The notes: a model not told the origin generated them from the letters alone. DNA of 64,000 nt from Nitrospirota bacterium (GCA_963733375.1 CAVTDB010000025.1:1-64000), one strand, 5' to 3'. Shown: positions 22,085-32,461, numbered from the stretch's first letter. A program made the numbers and translations.

Positions 22085-23062
22085 TTAATAACTTAAAAGC
22101 TTCCGCGCCCCCGCGATTATTTTTTTATCGTTAGGCAGATAATAGTTCTCCAGCTTGAATAGCGGCATGACCGCGTCGTATCCCGTCACGCGCTCCACCG
22201 GCGCGAGCAGGCTGGTAAACGCCTCTTCATAGACGCGGGCCGCAATCTCCGCTCCGATGCCGCCGGTCCTGGGCGCCTCGTGCGTTATGAGCAGCCTGCC
22301 CGTTTTCCGTACGGAACTTATTATGGTGTCGCTGTCCATCGGCGCGATCGTCATCAGGTCTATTATCTCCGCGCTCACTCCTTCGGCGGCAAGCTCCTGG
22401 GCGGCCTTGAGCGCCTCGCGCATCATCGCGCCCCACGCCACTATCGTGAGGTCCGTCCCTTCCTGGACTACTTTTGACTTCCCGATCGGGACTTCGTAAT
22501 CCTCGTCCGGCACCTCGGCCTTTATCGCGCGGTATATGCGTTTCGGCTCGCAGTATATAACCGGGTCTCCGTACCGGAGCGCGGCAGTCAGAAGGCCCTT
22601 CGCGTCGTATGGATTGGAGGGCTGCACTACCGTAAGCCCCGGCGTGTTCACCAGCACTGCCTCCGGGGAATCCGAGTGATGCTCCGGCGCGCGTATCCCG
22701 CCGCCCCATGGCAGCCTTAAGACGAGGTTCATTGGATACTGCCCGCGGCTCCGCGTACGATACCTGGCGATCTGGTTGACTATCTGGTCGAGCGCCAGGT
22801 ACATAAAGCCTTCGAACTGTATCTCCGGGACCGGGAGCAACCCGCCGGCGGCAAGCCCCAAAGCCGTGCCGGTGATGCCTCCCTCCGATAACGGCGTATC
22901 GATGACGCGCTCGGGCCCGTACTTTTCCAGGAGGCCGTCCGTCACCCGGAAGACGCCTCCCTCGCGGCCCACGTCCTCGCCGATGACGACTATCTTTTCA
23001 TTCCTGGCCATCTCGTGGTCCAGGGCCATATTCAGCGCGGAGACTATATTCATCTTAGGCAT
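22085..23062 (-). CDS. pdhB: Pyruvate dehydrogenase E1 beta
   Basis: GEDVG..GGVFRVT, DTPLSE, PEIQF; ATG at 23062 after GGAGG; in frame with pdhA in this assembly. Confidence 0.9.
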   Translation of the reverse strand: MPKMNIVSALNMALDHEMARNEKIVVIGEDVGREGGVFRVTDGLLEKYGPERVIDTPLSEGGITGTALGLAAGGLLPVPEIQFEGFMYLALDQIVNQIARYRTRSRGQYPMNLVLRLPWGGGIRAPEHHSDSPEAVLVNTPGLTVVQPSNPYDAKGLLTAALRYGDPVIYCEPKRIYRAIKAEVPDEDYEVPIGKSKVVQEGTDLTIVAWGAMMREALKAAQELAAEGVSAEIIDLMTIAPMDSDTIISSVRKTGRLLITHEAPRTGGIGAEIAARVYEEAFTSLLAPVERVTGYDAVMPLFKLENYYLPNDKKIIAGARKLLSY

Positions 23063-24151
23063 GGGGTTCACCCCCTCCGCCGTCTCCTTAAGAAAGGCCG
23101 CAAGTTCATCCTCTTGCTTCTTAAGGTATGGGTGCTCTCTCTTCCATGTGTTGTGGAAAATGTCGGAAGGTTCCGGAGGCGGCGCGGATTCCGCATCGGC
23201 TACAGCCTTCTCCACCTCCGTCCTTGCGGCATCCATAATCTCGTACTCCTCTTCTTCGCTCCACAAGCCGCACTCCGAGAGATACAGCCTGATGCGGATG
23301 AGCGGGTCGAACGGCTTATTCTTCTCAAGCTGCGCGGTCTCCCTGTATTTAGTCGGGTCGTCGGCGGTGGTATGCGGGCCGAAGCGGTATGTAAGCATCT
23401 CGATAAGCCTCGGCCCCCTTCCCTCCCGCGCATCTTCCATCGCCTCCTTCATGGCGGCGTATACGGCCATGATGTCGTTGCCGTATATCTGGATCCCCTT
23501 GAAGCCGTAAGCGTTCGCCTTCTGCGCTATGGTCTTCGACGCGGTCTGGAGTTTTCTGGGGACGCTTATGGCGAACTGGTTGTTCTGACATATGAAGACG
23601 GTCGGCGTATTGAATACCCCGGCGAAATTCATCGCCTCATGGAATGAGCCTTCGGAGGTAGCGCCATCGCCGAAATAAGCCGCCGCGACAGATTTGATTC
23701 CCTGGAGTTTCATTGCCCACGATACCCCTACCGCGTGCAGAGGCTGGCTCCCCACTACGACCTCTATCGGCAGCACCCGCAGGTCCTTTATCCCTATCAG
23801 GCCTCTCTCGTCTCCCATCCAGTACCGGTATATCCCCGACAGCGGGACTCCGCGCATGAAGAGCGCGCCGCTCTCACGGTACGACGGAACGAGCCAGTCT
23901 TCTTTTCCAAGGAAAGCCGCCGACGCCTGAGAAGCCTCCTGCCCGTAAACAGGAGCATAAGTCCCCATCCTCCCCTCGCGCTGCAGGTTCAGGGCCGTCT
24001 TGTCCGCAAGCCTCATCACGCTCATCCGGATGTAGAGTTCCTTGAGGCGCTCGTCGCTTAGGTCCGGACGGAGTTCCTCATTCACGTTTCCGTCCTTGTC
24101 CATTATCTCAAGCCTTTCGCCTTTAAGCGGGTCAAACCTGTCGAAGAGCAT
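23063..24151 (-). CDS. pdhA: Pyruvate dehydrogenase E1 alpha
   Basis: TPP-binding GDGATSEG...NNQFAIS and HTTADDP; start MLFDRFDP at 24151; 3' end approximate. Confidence 0.9.
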
Positions 24152-24211
24152 CTTAAGCCTCCGGGAGCGGGGAAAGTATGAATTTATGAAAAGGTTATGA
24201 GAAAGTATAGC

Positions 24212-24247
24212 AAAAAGAAAAAAACGCCGCCTGAAAAAAAGACGGCA
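24212..24247 (-). terminator. Terminator upstream of pdhA, ending a short transcript
   Basis: GCCGTCT/AGGCGGC stem followed by a long U-run. Confidence 0.55.
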
Positions 24248-24286
24248 ACCATTGCGCGGCGCCTTTTCTTGCAAGGGTCCGCCCTT

Positions 24287-24379
24287 TTATCTTAAGGGTT
24301 CGCGCTTTATTTTGGACGTTCCGTAGAGGCGCATGCGCACAAGCGGCATGGCAAATATGCAGGGCAGTTTCTGTTTCAT
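24287..24379 (-). CDS. Candidate 30-aa basic small protein
   Basis: AAAGGAGG-N5-ATG; MKQKLPCIFAMPLVRMRLYGTSKIKREPLR*; followed by a terminator. Confidence 0.4.
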   Translation of the reverse strand: MKQKLPCIFAMPLVRMRLYGTSKIKREPLR

Positions 24380-24688
24380 GCATGCCTCCTTTCTCATCGT
24401 TACGAGTTTGCATCACGCGTAAAAATACGCCGCCGGACTTGAGGAAAAAATCGTAATTCGAAAGAAGAAAAAAATTATAAAAAAAAAATATCAGCGAAGC
24501 GCATGATATTGAATTATTTATTGCTTTTAAAAAATTATTGCTATATACTTTTTTTTGATTTCGTTAGAATTTTTTTTCATCACGCGTCGCTTTACGGTTT
24601 CTGCGGCGAAACCAAAAACGGCGCAAGACTGGCGCGGATGCCCGGAATACAAGGCTCCGCGTTGAATCCGGAAGAAAGGAGGAAATGA

Positions 24689-25369
24689 ATGGCAAGGACT
24701 GACAAGGAGTACTCGCTGTATGTGTGTCAGACATGCGGCGCTGTAACTTCTGACAAGGGTCACGTATGCGACCCGGTCAGGTCCACCGAGTTAGCTGTCT
24801 GCGAGTTCTGCGGTAATGTCGCCGAAAACCCTCGGCACGTGTGCATGCCCAAGGTCATGGAGCTCAGGTACACCTGCGAGACCTGCGGACGTTTAGCTGT
24901 CACGGAGGTAGAGCTCTGCTACCCCGCCGCCATTAAACAGGCGGCACCAAAAAAAGGAGCCACAAAAATGGCAGAAGCGACTGCAAAGAAACCGGCCGCA
25001 AAAAAACCGGCTGCGAAGAAACCGGCCGTAAAAAAGGCCGCCACTGCGTCGAAGGCAAAACCAGCCGCCAAGAAACCGGCTGCCGCGAAAGCTGCTACTG
25101 CAACGAAGGCAAAACCGGCCGTCAAGAAGCCGGCTGCCGCGAAGGCCACTACTGCGTCGAAGGCAAAACCAGCCGCCAAGAAACCGGCTGCCGCGAAAAC
25201 TGCTACCGCGTCGAAGGCAAAACCGGCCGTCAAGAAGCCGGCTGCCGCGAAGACAGCAACAGCGAAAAAGACCGTAGCAAAAAAATCGGCGGTCGCCAAG
25301 AAAGCGACCGCCGCGTCGAAGGCAAAACCGGCTGTCAAGAAGCCGGCTGCCAAAAAAGCCGCGAAGTAA
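24689..25369 (+). CDS. Cys-rich N-terminal domain fused to a histone H1-like KKPAA repeat tail
   Basis: Three CxxCG-x10-CxP units; Lys/Ala/Pro tail; AAAGGAGG SD. Confidence 0.85.
   Translation: MARTDKEYSLYVCQTCGAVTSDKGHVCDPVRSTELAVCEFCGNVAENPRHVCMPKVMELRYTCETCGRLAVTEVELCYPAAIKQAAPKKGATKMAEATAKKPAAKKPAAKKPAVKKAATASKAKPAAKKPAAAKAATATKAKPAVKKPAAAKATTASKAKPAAKKPAAAKTATASKAKPAVKKPAAAKTATAKKTVAKKSAVAKKATAASKAKPAVKKPAAKKAAK
25016..25366 (+). repeat. 54-bp (18-aa) coding tandem repeat
   Basis: KKPAAAKAATASKAKPA(A/V) repeated about 6 times with decay. Confidence 0.85.
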
Positions 25370-25398
25370 AAAACAGACAGCTACTATTTCTTCCGGAT

Positions 25399-25430
25399 TA
25401 AGGGCCGGGCCATCGTGTCCGGCCCTTTTC
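25399..25430 (+). terminator. Intrinsic terminator
   Basis: AAGGGCCGG...CCGGCCCTTTT. Confidence 0.7.
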
Positions 25431-25604
25431 ATCTCTCAAAAAAGAAAACCCCAGAAACAATCCGCCTCCTGGGGTCTTGCGAACCCTTCATACACCCCCT
25501 TTATACTCTAACGGGAGAAGCCTTGTCAAGGGAAGATGAGGCCCTAATTGACAATCAATTTCAAAATTGGGCATAAGTTACGCTAACGCATGGTTAAAAA
25601 AATT

Positions 25605-25662
25605 TTATCCACAGCTTACCCACAATCCGGGTGTTGACAACTCCCATTATAGCGGGTTTAAT
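25605..25662 (+). promoter_or_regulatory. DnaA-box cluster overlapping a sigma70 promoter
   Basis: TTATCCACA (25605), TTACCCACA (25616), inverted TGTTGACAA (25632); TTGACA-N17-TTTAAT. Confidence 0.6.
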
Positions 25663-25669
25663 TATAACT

Positions 25670-26716
25670 ATGTTAAATATTTCGGGCAGTTACGGAGAGG
25701 GCGGGGGCCAGATGCTGCGGACTTCCCTCTCTCTTTCGGCCTGGCTTGGCGTCCCGTTTGCGATTTCGGGGATACGGATAAAAAGGCCAAAACCGGGTCT
25801 TAAACCCCAGCACCTGACCGCCCTTCTTGCCGCGGCTGAGATAACCCATGCCGAGGTAAAAGGCGCGGCTATAGGGTCTACCGAGGTCACGTTCGTGCCA
25901 GGCAGTCCCCGCCCCGGAAAGTACATCTTCGACGTATCCAGGGACGGCGGTTCGGCTGGTTCGGCGATGCTCATCCTGCAGACCCTCCTGCCCGCGCTGG
26001 CGAAATGCGGCGCACGCTCCCGCCTTCGCATCGCCGGGGGCACCCACGTCGCGTGGAGCCCGCCATTTCATTTCATTGATCGCTCCTTCCTGTACTCATT
26101 ATCGAAGATGGGTCTTCGCACGACGCTCGATATAAAGAGGTGGGGGTTCTATCCGAAGGGCGGCGGAGAGATAGAGGCGGAAATATTTCCGTCGAAGCTT
26201 GCTCCGGTGGAACTCATAGACAGGGGCAAACTTCTCGGCCTTAAAATTATCTCGGCGGCCGCTAACCTTCCGGACCACATCGCGCGGAGGCAGGCGGACG
26301 CGGCGCTGTCAGTTATCAGGGCGCATGGGTTGGATGCGGAGATAGAACTTCTAAGGGCGGATTCCATAGGGCAAGGAACGTTCATATATATAGATGCGGA
26401 GTTTGAAAATATTAGGGCGGGGTTTTCCGCGCTCGGCGAACGGGGAAAGCGCGCGGAGATTGTCGGCATGGAGGCGGGCAAATCATTTATAGATTATATA
26501 GATTCAAAAGGCTGCGTGGAAAAGCACCTCGCCGACCAGCTTCTCCTTTACATGGCTCTAACCGGGGGGCGGTGCGCTATGAACGTGCAGGAGATAACCT
26601 CGCACCTAATTACCAATGCATGGGTGATAAGGCAGTTTCTGCCCGGGGTGGTGATTAATATTTCGGGGCAGGAAAAAAGAGCGGGGACGGTGGAAGTCAT
26701 CCCTGAAGGCTCCTGA
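25670..26716 (+). CDS. rtcA: RNA 3'-terminal phosphate cyclase
   Basis: GEGGGQMLR, GFYPKGGG and HLADQL motifs. Confidence 0.95.
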   Translation: MLNISGSYGEGGGQMLRTSLSLSAWLGVPFAISGIRIKRPKPGLKPQHLTALLAAAEITHAEVKGAAIGSTEVTFVPGSPRPGKYIFDVSRDGGSAGSAMLILQTLLPALAKCGARSRLRIAGGTHVAWSPPFHFIDRSFLYSLSKMGLRTTLDIKRWGFYPKGGGEIEAEIFPSKLAPVELIDRGKLLGLKIISAAANLPDHIARRQADAALSVIRAHGLDAEIELLRADSIGQGTFIYIDAEFENIRAGFSALGERGKRAEIVGMEAGKSFIDYIDSKGCVEKHLADQLLLYMALTGGRCAMNVQEITSHLITNAWVIRQFLPGVVINISGQEKRAGTVEVIPEGS

Positions 26717-27479
26717 TTATATCCGGCAGACTTTCGGTAGCCGCCTGTCGTCCGCGCTCTATCAGTTCCTTGTGCTTATGCATGTCTCTCAGTCCGATGT
26801 CCCCGACGTTCACCCGTATCGCCACGTCGGCCATTTAAGCTCACCTCTCGGTATTCTTCCGCGCGTATGTCACGGCCAGATGCATGGCGATGTTCACGAT
26901 GTTCGTAAGCCTTGGTTCGAGGACGGAGCCGAAATTCACGTCCACCGCCACGACCACGTCCGGTTTCCACGTCTCCCTTGCCGTTATGACCGGGACCATG
27001 CTCACGTATCCGCCGTCGATTAAATGCCTGTTATTCAAAAATGTAGGCGTGAACACCACCGGCAGGCTCGCGGAAGCTTGAAGGGCCGAAGCTAACGGGC
27101 CGGAGGTCAGGTTGACCTTATCCCCTGTCGCCAGGTCCGCGCATACGGCGGCGAATGGTTTTGACAGGTCTGTAATGTCTCTGGACTTCAGTAGCTTTTT
27201 CATGTAGAGATATATCCCGCGGGAATCGACTAACCCCGTCTTTCCGCCAGGGTAAAAGAGGTCGCGCCATCTGGTTTTAGCAGCAATTTCAGCCAGTTCC
27301 GCGATAGACATACCGTCAAGATAAAGCGCGCCGACGATTGCTCCGCCGCTCGACCCGGCGATGAAGTCGGGCCTGATACCCGCCTCTTCCAGGGCCTGGA
27401 GGACGCCGATATGCGCTATGCATCTGGCCGCCCCGCCGGAGAGGGCGCACGCAATTGTTTTTTTAGACGGTGTCCGCAT
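26697..27479 (-). CDS. Patatin-like phospholipase (C-terminal frameshift)
   Basis: LSGGAAR..AHIG, GSSGG nucleophile elbow, DGG. Confidence 0.9.
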
Positions 27480-27538
27480 AAGAATATTTTCTGGCCCGAA
27501 ATACCTTGTGTCCACATATAATATTAGCGCAAAAATAA

Positions 27539-27566
27539 AAAAGCCGGTCCTTTCGGGCCGGCTTTT
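27539..27566. terminator. Intrinsic terminator
   Basis: AAAAGCCGGTCC-TTTC-GGGCCGGCTTTT. Confidence 0.75.
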
Positions 27567-27582
27567 CCCAATGCTTGATTTC

Positions 27583-29019
27583 TTACTGCAAAAGGATCGT
27601 GACCACTCCGGTGGACGTTTGACCGGTGCCGCTTTCCGTGATGGTATAAGTGAAAGTGTCTTCCGTAACGCCCGCCGGGATAGAAGTAATCAAGTAAGTG
27701 ATTGTACCGGCGGACTGCCCAGGCGTTACGGTGCCGTACAGCGGCGGCTGCGTGGGATGCAACGTAACAGTCAGTGTATCGTTTGTATTAAACGGAATGT
27801 CGTTCGCCAGAACATTTACCACTGCGGAATTACCTATCAGCTGTTGGAAGTAATTAACCGCGATCGGACATACCTGTACGTCCACTTCGCCCGTGGCGAA
27901 GGCAGGGCTGCTGGCATTTGCCGCTAACGTGTATGTCAACGTATCAAAGCCCGTGAAGCCTTTGTTCGGGGTATAGGACCAATTGCTGCCGGTCTGCGTG
28001 ACCGTCCCGTTTGTGGCGCCCGTGACACTCTTTACAATATTGGTTCCCAAGTTTAACGAGCTGAAGTCGATGGGGTGGGGCTGGCGGTGCCGGTTGGGTT
28101 TTTATCTACCTTTAAGATCAGCGTCTTTGCGGCGGGCCCTCCCGTCACCGTCACCGTTACAAGTTGGACGGCGGAGGCAAGCCCTGCGGAGTCCGTCACT
28201 TTAAACGAGAATACGTCCGTGCCCGAGAAATTCGAGTTGGGAGTGTAAACGACGTTGCCCTTGCTGTCTATTGATGAAAGGGTCCCGTTCGGCTGGCGGA
28301 GAGACGATCGCGAGTCAGTCCCGGAATCGTCTGAAAGGATTTCGCACCGTTTAAGAGGTTGATCTTTGCCGTCGCCCCGAACGCTATGCTTGCGGTCTGA
28401 GGAGCCGCAGTGGGCGCAACGGGCTGCGGGGGCGGGGGCGTAAAGGGCCTGGATATGGTCGAGTACCCGGCCAATGTATTAGCGGGCATGGGGCCAGACG
28501 AGAAAGTGGCGGTCAGCCGGGCCGGCGTGGTCGAACTGTCTGCGAAACTCAGCGTCCCCGCGACGTCGAGGCTGAAATTGCCCGAAGCGGTGTGGGTTGC
28601 ATCACGCCTGTAGCTGCCTTATTATCGCGATTGCGCCGTCATGGTCATCGCGTCTGGAAATTCTAAGGTGGGCGGGTCCAGGCTGTCCTGCCAACTGAGG
28701 ACGGCGGTATTGGCTCCGGACGGCAGCAGTATCCCCATGCCGATAGCCTCGGCCATGACGTTCATGTCCCCGCTGCTGTTGCTTCAGCCCTAGTCTCATA
28801 AAAAGGTTACCCCTGTTGTCCTGGTTCAATATCAGGAAATTCGCTCCGGTGCTGGGGGAAGGATTGCATTACGTTGTTCCCGCTATTGATATTATAATAC
28901 CTTAGTGTAACGACCGGCTTCACGCTCGTGGAGGTCATATAGTGGTGGCGGCGGCGGCGAGCGAGGCCAAAACCCAGCAGGGCCAGGACCGAAAGAATAA
29001 TAACCTTTGTCCTCTGCAT
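27583..29019 (-). pseudogene. Secreted Ig-like (Big_9/cadherin-like) repeat protein, multiply frameshifted
   Basis: Signal peptide at 29019 after a GGAGG SD; repeats GNVVYTPNSNFSGTDVFSF, NGTVT...YTPNKGFTGFDTLTYT, NVLANDI...EDTFTYTI. Confidence 0.7.
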
Positions 29020-29035
29020 ATCCCCTCCTAAGGTG

Positions 29036-29643
29036 TTATTGGCATGGACCGTACCCGATAAGCGTCACTGTTATCAGGGCCGGGTCACGGAGGAGTCGAA
29101 GCGGGTCGAGTTTCCCCACAATCTTAAACGTCATGTTGATTTTGGCGCTGTGCTGTCGATGCCCTTCTTGAAGCTTCGACTAGGGTGCCTTCGGTGGTCG
29201 CTCGTCATGACTTCGTCGCCGGTCATCAAGTCTAGTCCCGTCGGTGAAGCTGAACGGGTGGGCCGTCTCGGAACCGGAGCTGAAGCTGGCCGTTACGGTA
29301 TATGTGCGTGTGTTTCCGGACTGAAAGCGCCCCGCCCTGCATCCCGCTAAGGCTTAAGGCCGCCTGGTATGCTATTGACGTCCCGGAAATACAAATATCG
29401 GTGTCAACAGCCCTGTATTGCATCTCTTGTCAGATGAAATTAGATGGTAGGACTATATATTTGACGGGCTTTTGCGCGCCGACTTCAGGGATAGCCGTCG
29501 TTCATGGACGACTTTTACGCCTTCGTTAGGGCCTTTTGCGTTGACAGTGCTGCTATAGTTCCAGATAGGATATCGGCGAAGGCGGGGAGAGAAAGAGAAA
29601 GCATAATTACAATAAAGCAAACCGACAGGACTACCTTCTTCAT
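29036..29643 (-). pseudogene. Secreted protein gene, multiply frameshifted
   Basis: AAGGAGG SD then MKKVVLSVCFIVIMLSLSLPAFA signal peptide; frame lost soon after; end approximate. Confidence 0.5.
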
Positions 29644-29758
29644 GCTGCCTCCTTATTTTGCGACTGCCTTGACTGCAATATATAAAACTTACTACCAATA
29701 TTATAAAAAATCAAATATTTAGTAGTAGAAGGAAAGCCGCTTTCTCGCTCGGGAAGGA

Positions 29759-30346
29759 TTACCGGCCCTTTTTCAGCTCGAAGAGCACCTGCTTGGCGAG
29801 GTTTTTCAGGGTATCGAAGACGCCGACGCCGGTGGTGGCGACGGCCTCGAAGGCGGGAAGGCCTCTGGGGTTTAACAGCTTCTCCATCTCCGGCGCGGGA
29901 GCGACATTCGGGAGGTCGCGCTTGTTATACTGGACCACGAAAGGTATCTTGTCCAGGTCGTAGCCCTGCTCGTCAAGGTTTATGCGGAGGTTGTCCATGC
30001 TCTCCGCGTTCGCTTCCATGCGCTCCACCTGCGAGTCGGCGACGAACACCACCCCGTCCACGCCTTTCAATATCAGCTTCCTGGAGGCGTCGTAAAACAC
30101 CTGTCCCGGGACGGTGTAGAGGTGGAACCTTGTTTTGAACCCCCTTATCTCGCCAAGGGCCAGCGGGAGGAAATCGAAGAACAGCGTCCTCTCCGTCTCC
30201 GTGGCAAGCGATATCATCTTCCCTTTTGCTTCGGGGTTCGTTTTTTTGTAGATGTAATGGAGGTTGGTGGTCTTGCCGCAAAGGCCCGGCCCGTAATAGA
30301 CGAGCTTTACATTTATTTCGCGGGAGGAATAGTTGATGAAGGACAT
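29759..30346 (-). CDS. mglA: MglA small Ras-like GTPase
   Basis: [34 protein letters not shown]. Confidence 0.97.
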   Translation of the reverse strand: MSFINYSSREINVKLVYYGPGLCGKTTNLHYIYKKTNPEAKGKMISLATETERTLFFDFLPLALGEIRGFKTRFHLYTVPGQVFYDASRKLILKGVDGVVFVADSQVERMEANAESMDNLRINLDEQGYDLDKIPFVVQYNKRDLPNVAPAPEMEKLLNPRGLPAFEAVATTGVGVFDTLKNLAKQVLFELKKGR

Positions 30347-30414
30347 CGATTAACCGTTAAGCCCGGCGTTTGCGGGATGCCCGGAAAGATAAGTCTCCGA
30401 TGCAAACTTTGCCT

Positions 30415-30907
30415 TTATCCAAAAAGATTGTCGATATCTTCATCGGTTATTTCCGCGAAAGGAGAGACGCTGACTTTGCCTCCGGCCTTTTCTTTGTGAG
30501 ATTTCTCAGATACGGACAGCGAATATCTTTGCAAAGGCCTCGGAGCTTTTCTTCACCCGGAGCCGGACAAGTCCCAGGGAACTGCGCTGGTCGAATATCA
30601 CCACCAGTATCACCCGGTCGATTATGGAGATATGGATATTGTCCTTCTCCCCCTCATGGAAGAGTATGGAGAACTCCTTCTCGCCCAGGAGCTTGGCCAT
30701 GCCGCCGGTCGCGGCTATGTTACCCGCGGTAAGAGAGGCAAGCGAAGTGGTGTCCAGACCCTTGATGTCCCCGGCCGAGGCTATAAGCTGGCCGTTCTTG
30801 TCCACAAGGAAGACGACCCTGGCGTTCGCTTGCGTCTGGAGGCGCTGGAGTTCCTGGTCAACCGACCTGAACTCTTCCTCATACATTACAAGGTCCGAAA
30901 CCGGCAT
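30415..30907 (-). CDS. mglB: MglB roadblock-domain GAP (frameshift before the C-terminal helix)
   Basis: LVDKNGQLIA...SLASLTAGNIAATGG; SPFAEITDEDIDNLFG* in the shifted frame. Confidence 0.95.
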
Positions 30908-31036
30908 TATTGCTCCTTAATTATGAATCCAATTTAACCTATCACAAAATCCCTCGGCAGTTCAAGGAAAATCTATAATTTTTCAACAGCCTTGACTTTG
31001 AATCACTCCGGTTTATAATAAATTGACACATGGGGG

Positions 31037-31444
31037 ATGACGATGAATACTGTCGAAATAAAGCGGCTGAAAAAGGGATTTTTCGAGGACCCGAAGAGCG
31101 GATGGTCCGCCTATCCCTTCATTCACGGCATGGGAGAGCGAGGCGCGGACCTGCGGGGCGTGCACGTGGTGGCGATATATCCCGGGCAAACAAGAGGAAA
31201 CCACTATCATGAAAACACAAACGAGGTCCTGTTCATGTTCGCGGGCAGCGGGACTTTTTACTGGGAAGAGGAGGGCAGTGTCCACGAACACCTTATCGTG
31301 GGTTCTCCGACGGTCATAACCATACCGGCTGGGATAAAACACGCGTTCACGAATAACGGGCATGACCCGGTATATCTGATCGCGCTCCGGGACGGAGAGT
31401 ACGACCAGAATAACCCGGACGTGGTGAGGACCGAACTGGTATAA
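31037..31444 (+). CDS. Cupin-domain protein
   Basis: RGNHYHE...E and IPAGIKHAF cupin motifs. Confidence 0.85.
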   Translation: MTMNTVEIKRLKKGFFEDPKSGWSAYPFIHGMGERGADLRGVHVVAIYPGQTRGNHYHENTNEVLFMFAGSGTFYWEEEGSVHEHLIVGSPTVITIPAGIKHAFTNNGHDPVYLIALRDGEYDQNNPDVVRTELV

Positions 31445-31450
31445 ACCGGA

Positions 31451-31969
31451 TCAGTTGGCGCCCGTCAAGGTCATAACGTATTTGTCGGTGACGAAGGACG
31501 GCGTCTTGTGCTTCTCGAAGATATAGCCGTCGAATACCTGTTTATCGCCCTCGGTTATGACGGCCCTTACCGCCGGGTCGTCAGGATTAATGCCGTTTGA
31601 GGTTACGGTGTCTCCGCGAATGACCCAGTGCGGCAGGTATGCGATGATTTTTATTTTATAGGGCGAGCCGGGCACGTCCGCCGCGCCGCCTATCTTGACA
31701 TCGAATTCCTTCTCTTCTTTAGTCTCCCGGTTACCCACCGCCATCTTCACGGTATGGAATTTCGCCTTGACGGCGTCCGGCACATCCAGCTTCTGGCCCT
31801 TTGGCAGCGGGGCGGGCTTTGGAGGCGTCTCTTTTCCCTCCGACGCAAAGGTCGCAAGAGCCATCTCTTTCTTCTTCTTCAGCGCCTCCTCGTCATTTTT
31901 TTTCCCGCATGACGAGCATAGAAGAACCACCGCGAGAATCGGCAACAGGTATTTGTACCGGTTAGTCAT
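31451..31969 (-). CDS. Lipoprotein (DUF2155-like)
   Basis: Lipobox SSC; DPAVRAVITEG...FDGYIF..H C-terminal pattern. Confidence 0.65.
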   Translation of the reverse strand: MTNRYKYLLPILAVVLLCSSCGKKNDEEALKKKKEMALATFASEGKETPPKPAPLPKGQKLDVPDAVKAKFHTVKMAVGNRETKEEKEFDVKIGGAADVPGSPYKIKIIAYLPHWVIRGDTVTSNGINPDDPAVRAVITEGDKQVFDGYIFEKHKTPSFVTDKYVMTLTGAN

Positions 31970-32080
31970 ATTTGCTTCACCATTCCTTCCATAAGGGTAA
32001 TGGCAATGAGGAAAAGGCGTACGCGCCTCCGGGCATTCAAATAATTTTAAGGATAATACCGTATTACGCGAAAATCAAGA

Positions 32081-32112
32081 AAAAAGGCAGCCCGAACAGG
32101 CCGCCTTTTTTT
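32081..32112. terminator. Bidirectional terminator
   Basis: AAAAAGGCAGCC-CGAACA-GGCCGCCTTTTTTT. Confidence 0.65.
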
Positions 32113-32134
32113 AAACCAGATATGGGCTTCAACC

Positions 32135-32461
32135 CTACTTTGCCTTTTTGTACTGGTAGGTTTCACCCATGAAGGAAACCGTAAGGATATCGGTACCGGG
32201 GTCTCTTTTGACGTTGACTTCAATTGGTCCCATCGGCACGACCAGCGTGTTTTCGTCCTTTTTCTGCGCGGGCGTCTTGCCCTGGCTGCCTTCGTAGAAG
32301 TACTGATCGCCTTCCTTGCTTATCTTAATTGTCTTGGAAGGCTCCGTCACCATAGCCCAGGTGCCGACCAGCGGGTCGCCCCCCGACTTGGCGCAGGCAA
32401 ACATGAAGACAAGTGTGCCTATCAGCGCGGCCGTTGCAACTGTCACTAATACTCTTTTCAT
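32135..32461 (-). CDS. Small lipoprotein
   Basis: Lipobox FAC; PLVGTW lipocalin-like start. Confidence 0.75.
   Translation of the reverse strand: MKRVLVTVATAALIGTLVFMFACAKSGGDPLVGTWAMVTEPSKTIKISKEGDQYFYEGSQGKTPAQKKDENTLVVPMGPIEVNVKRDPGTDILTVSFMGETYQYKKAK

Noticed and set aside
22085-24274. Apparent PdhA-PdhB fusion (729-aa ORF)
   Set aside because: The junction GAGGGGGTGA gives a stop with one fewer G, and an SD plus ATG precede pdhB; most likely a homopolymer error
24590-24680. c-di-GMP-I riboswitch upstream of the H1-like gene
   Set aside because: GGCGAAACC and GCAAG fragments do not form the P1 GAAA hairpin and P2 receptor
24893-25432. Arg/Phe-rich and Ala/Phe-rich repeat ORFs on the minus strand; possible CRISPR-like periodicity
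   Set aside because: Reverse complement of the KKPAA coding repeat; no unique spacers and no cas genes
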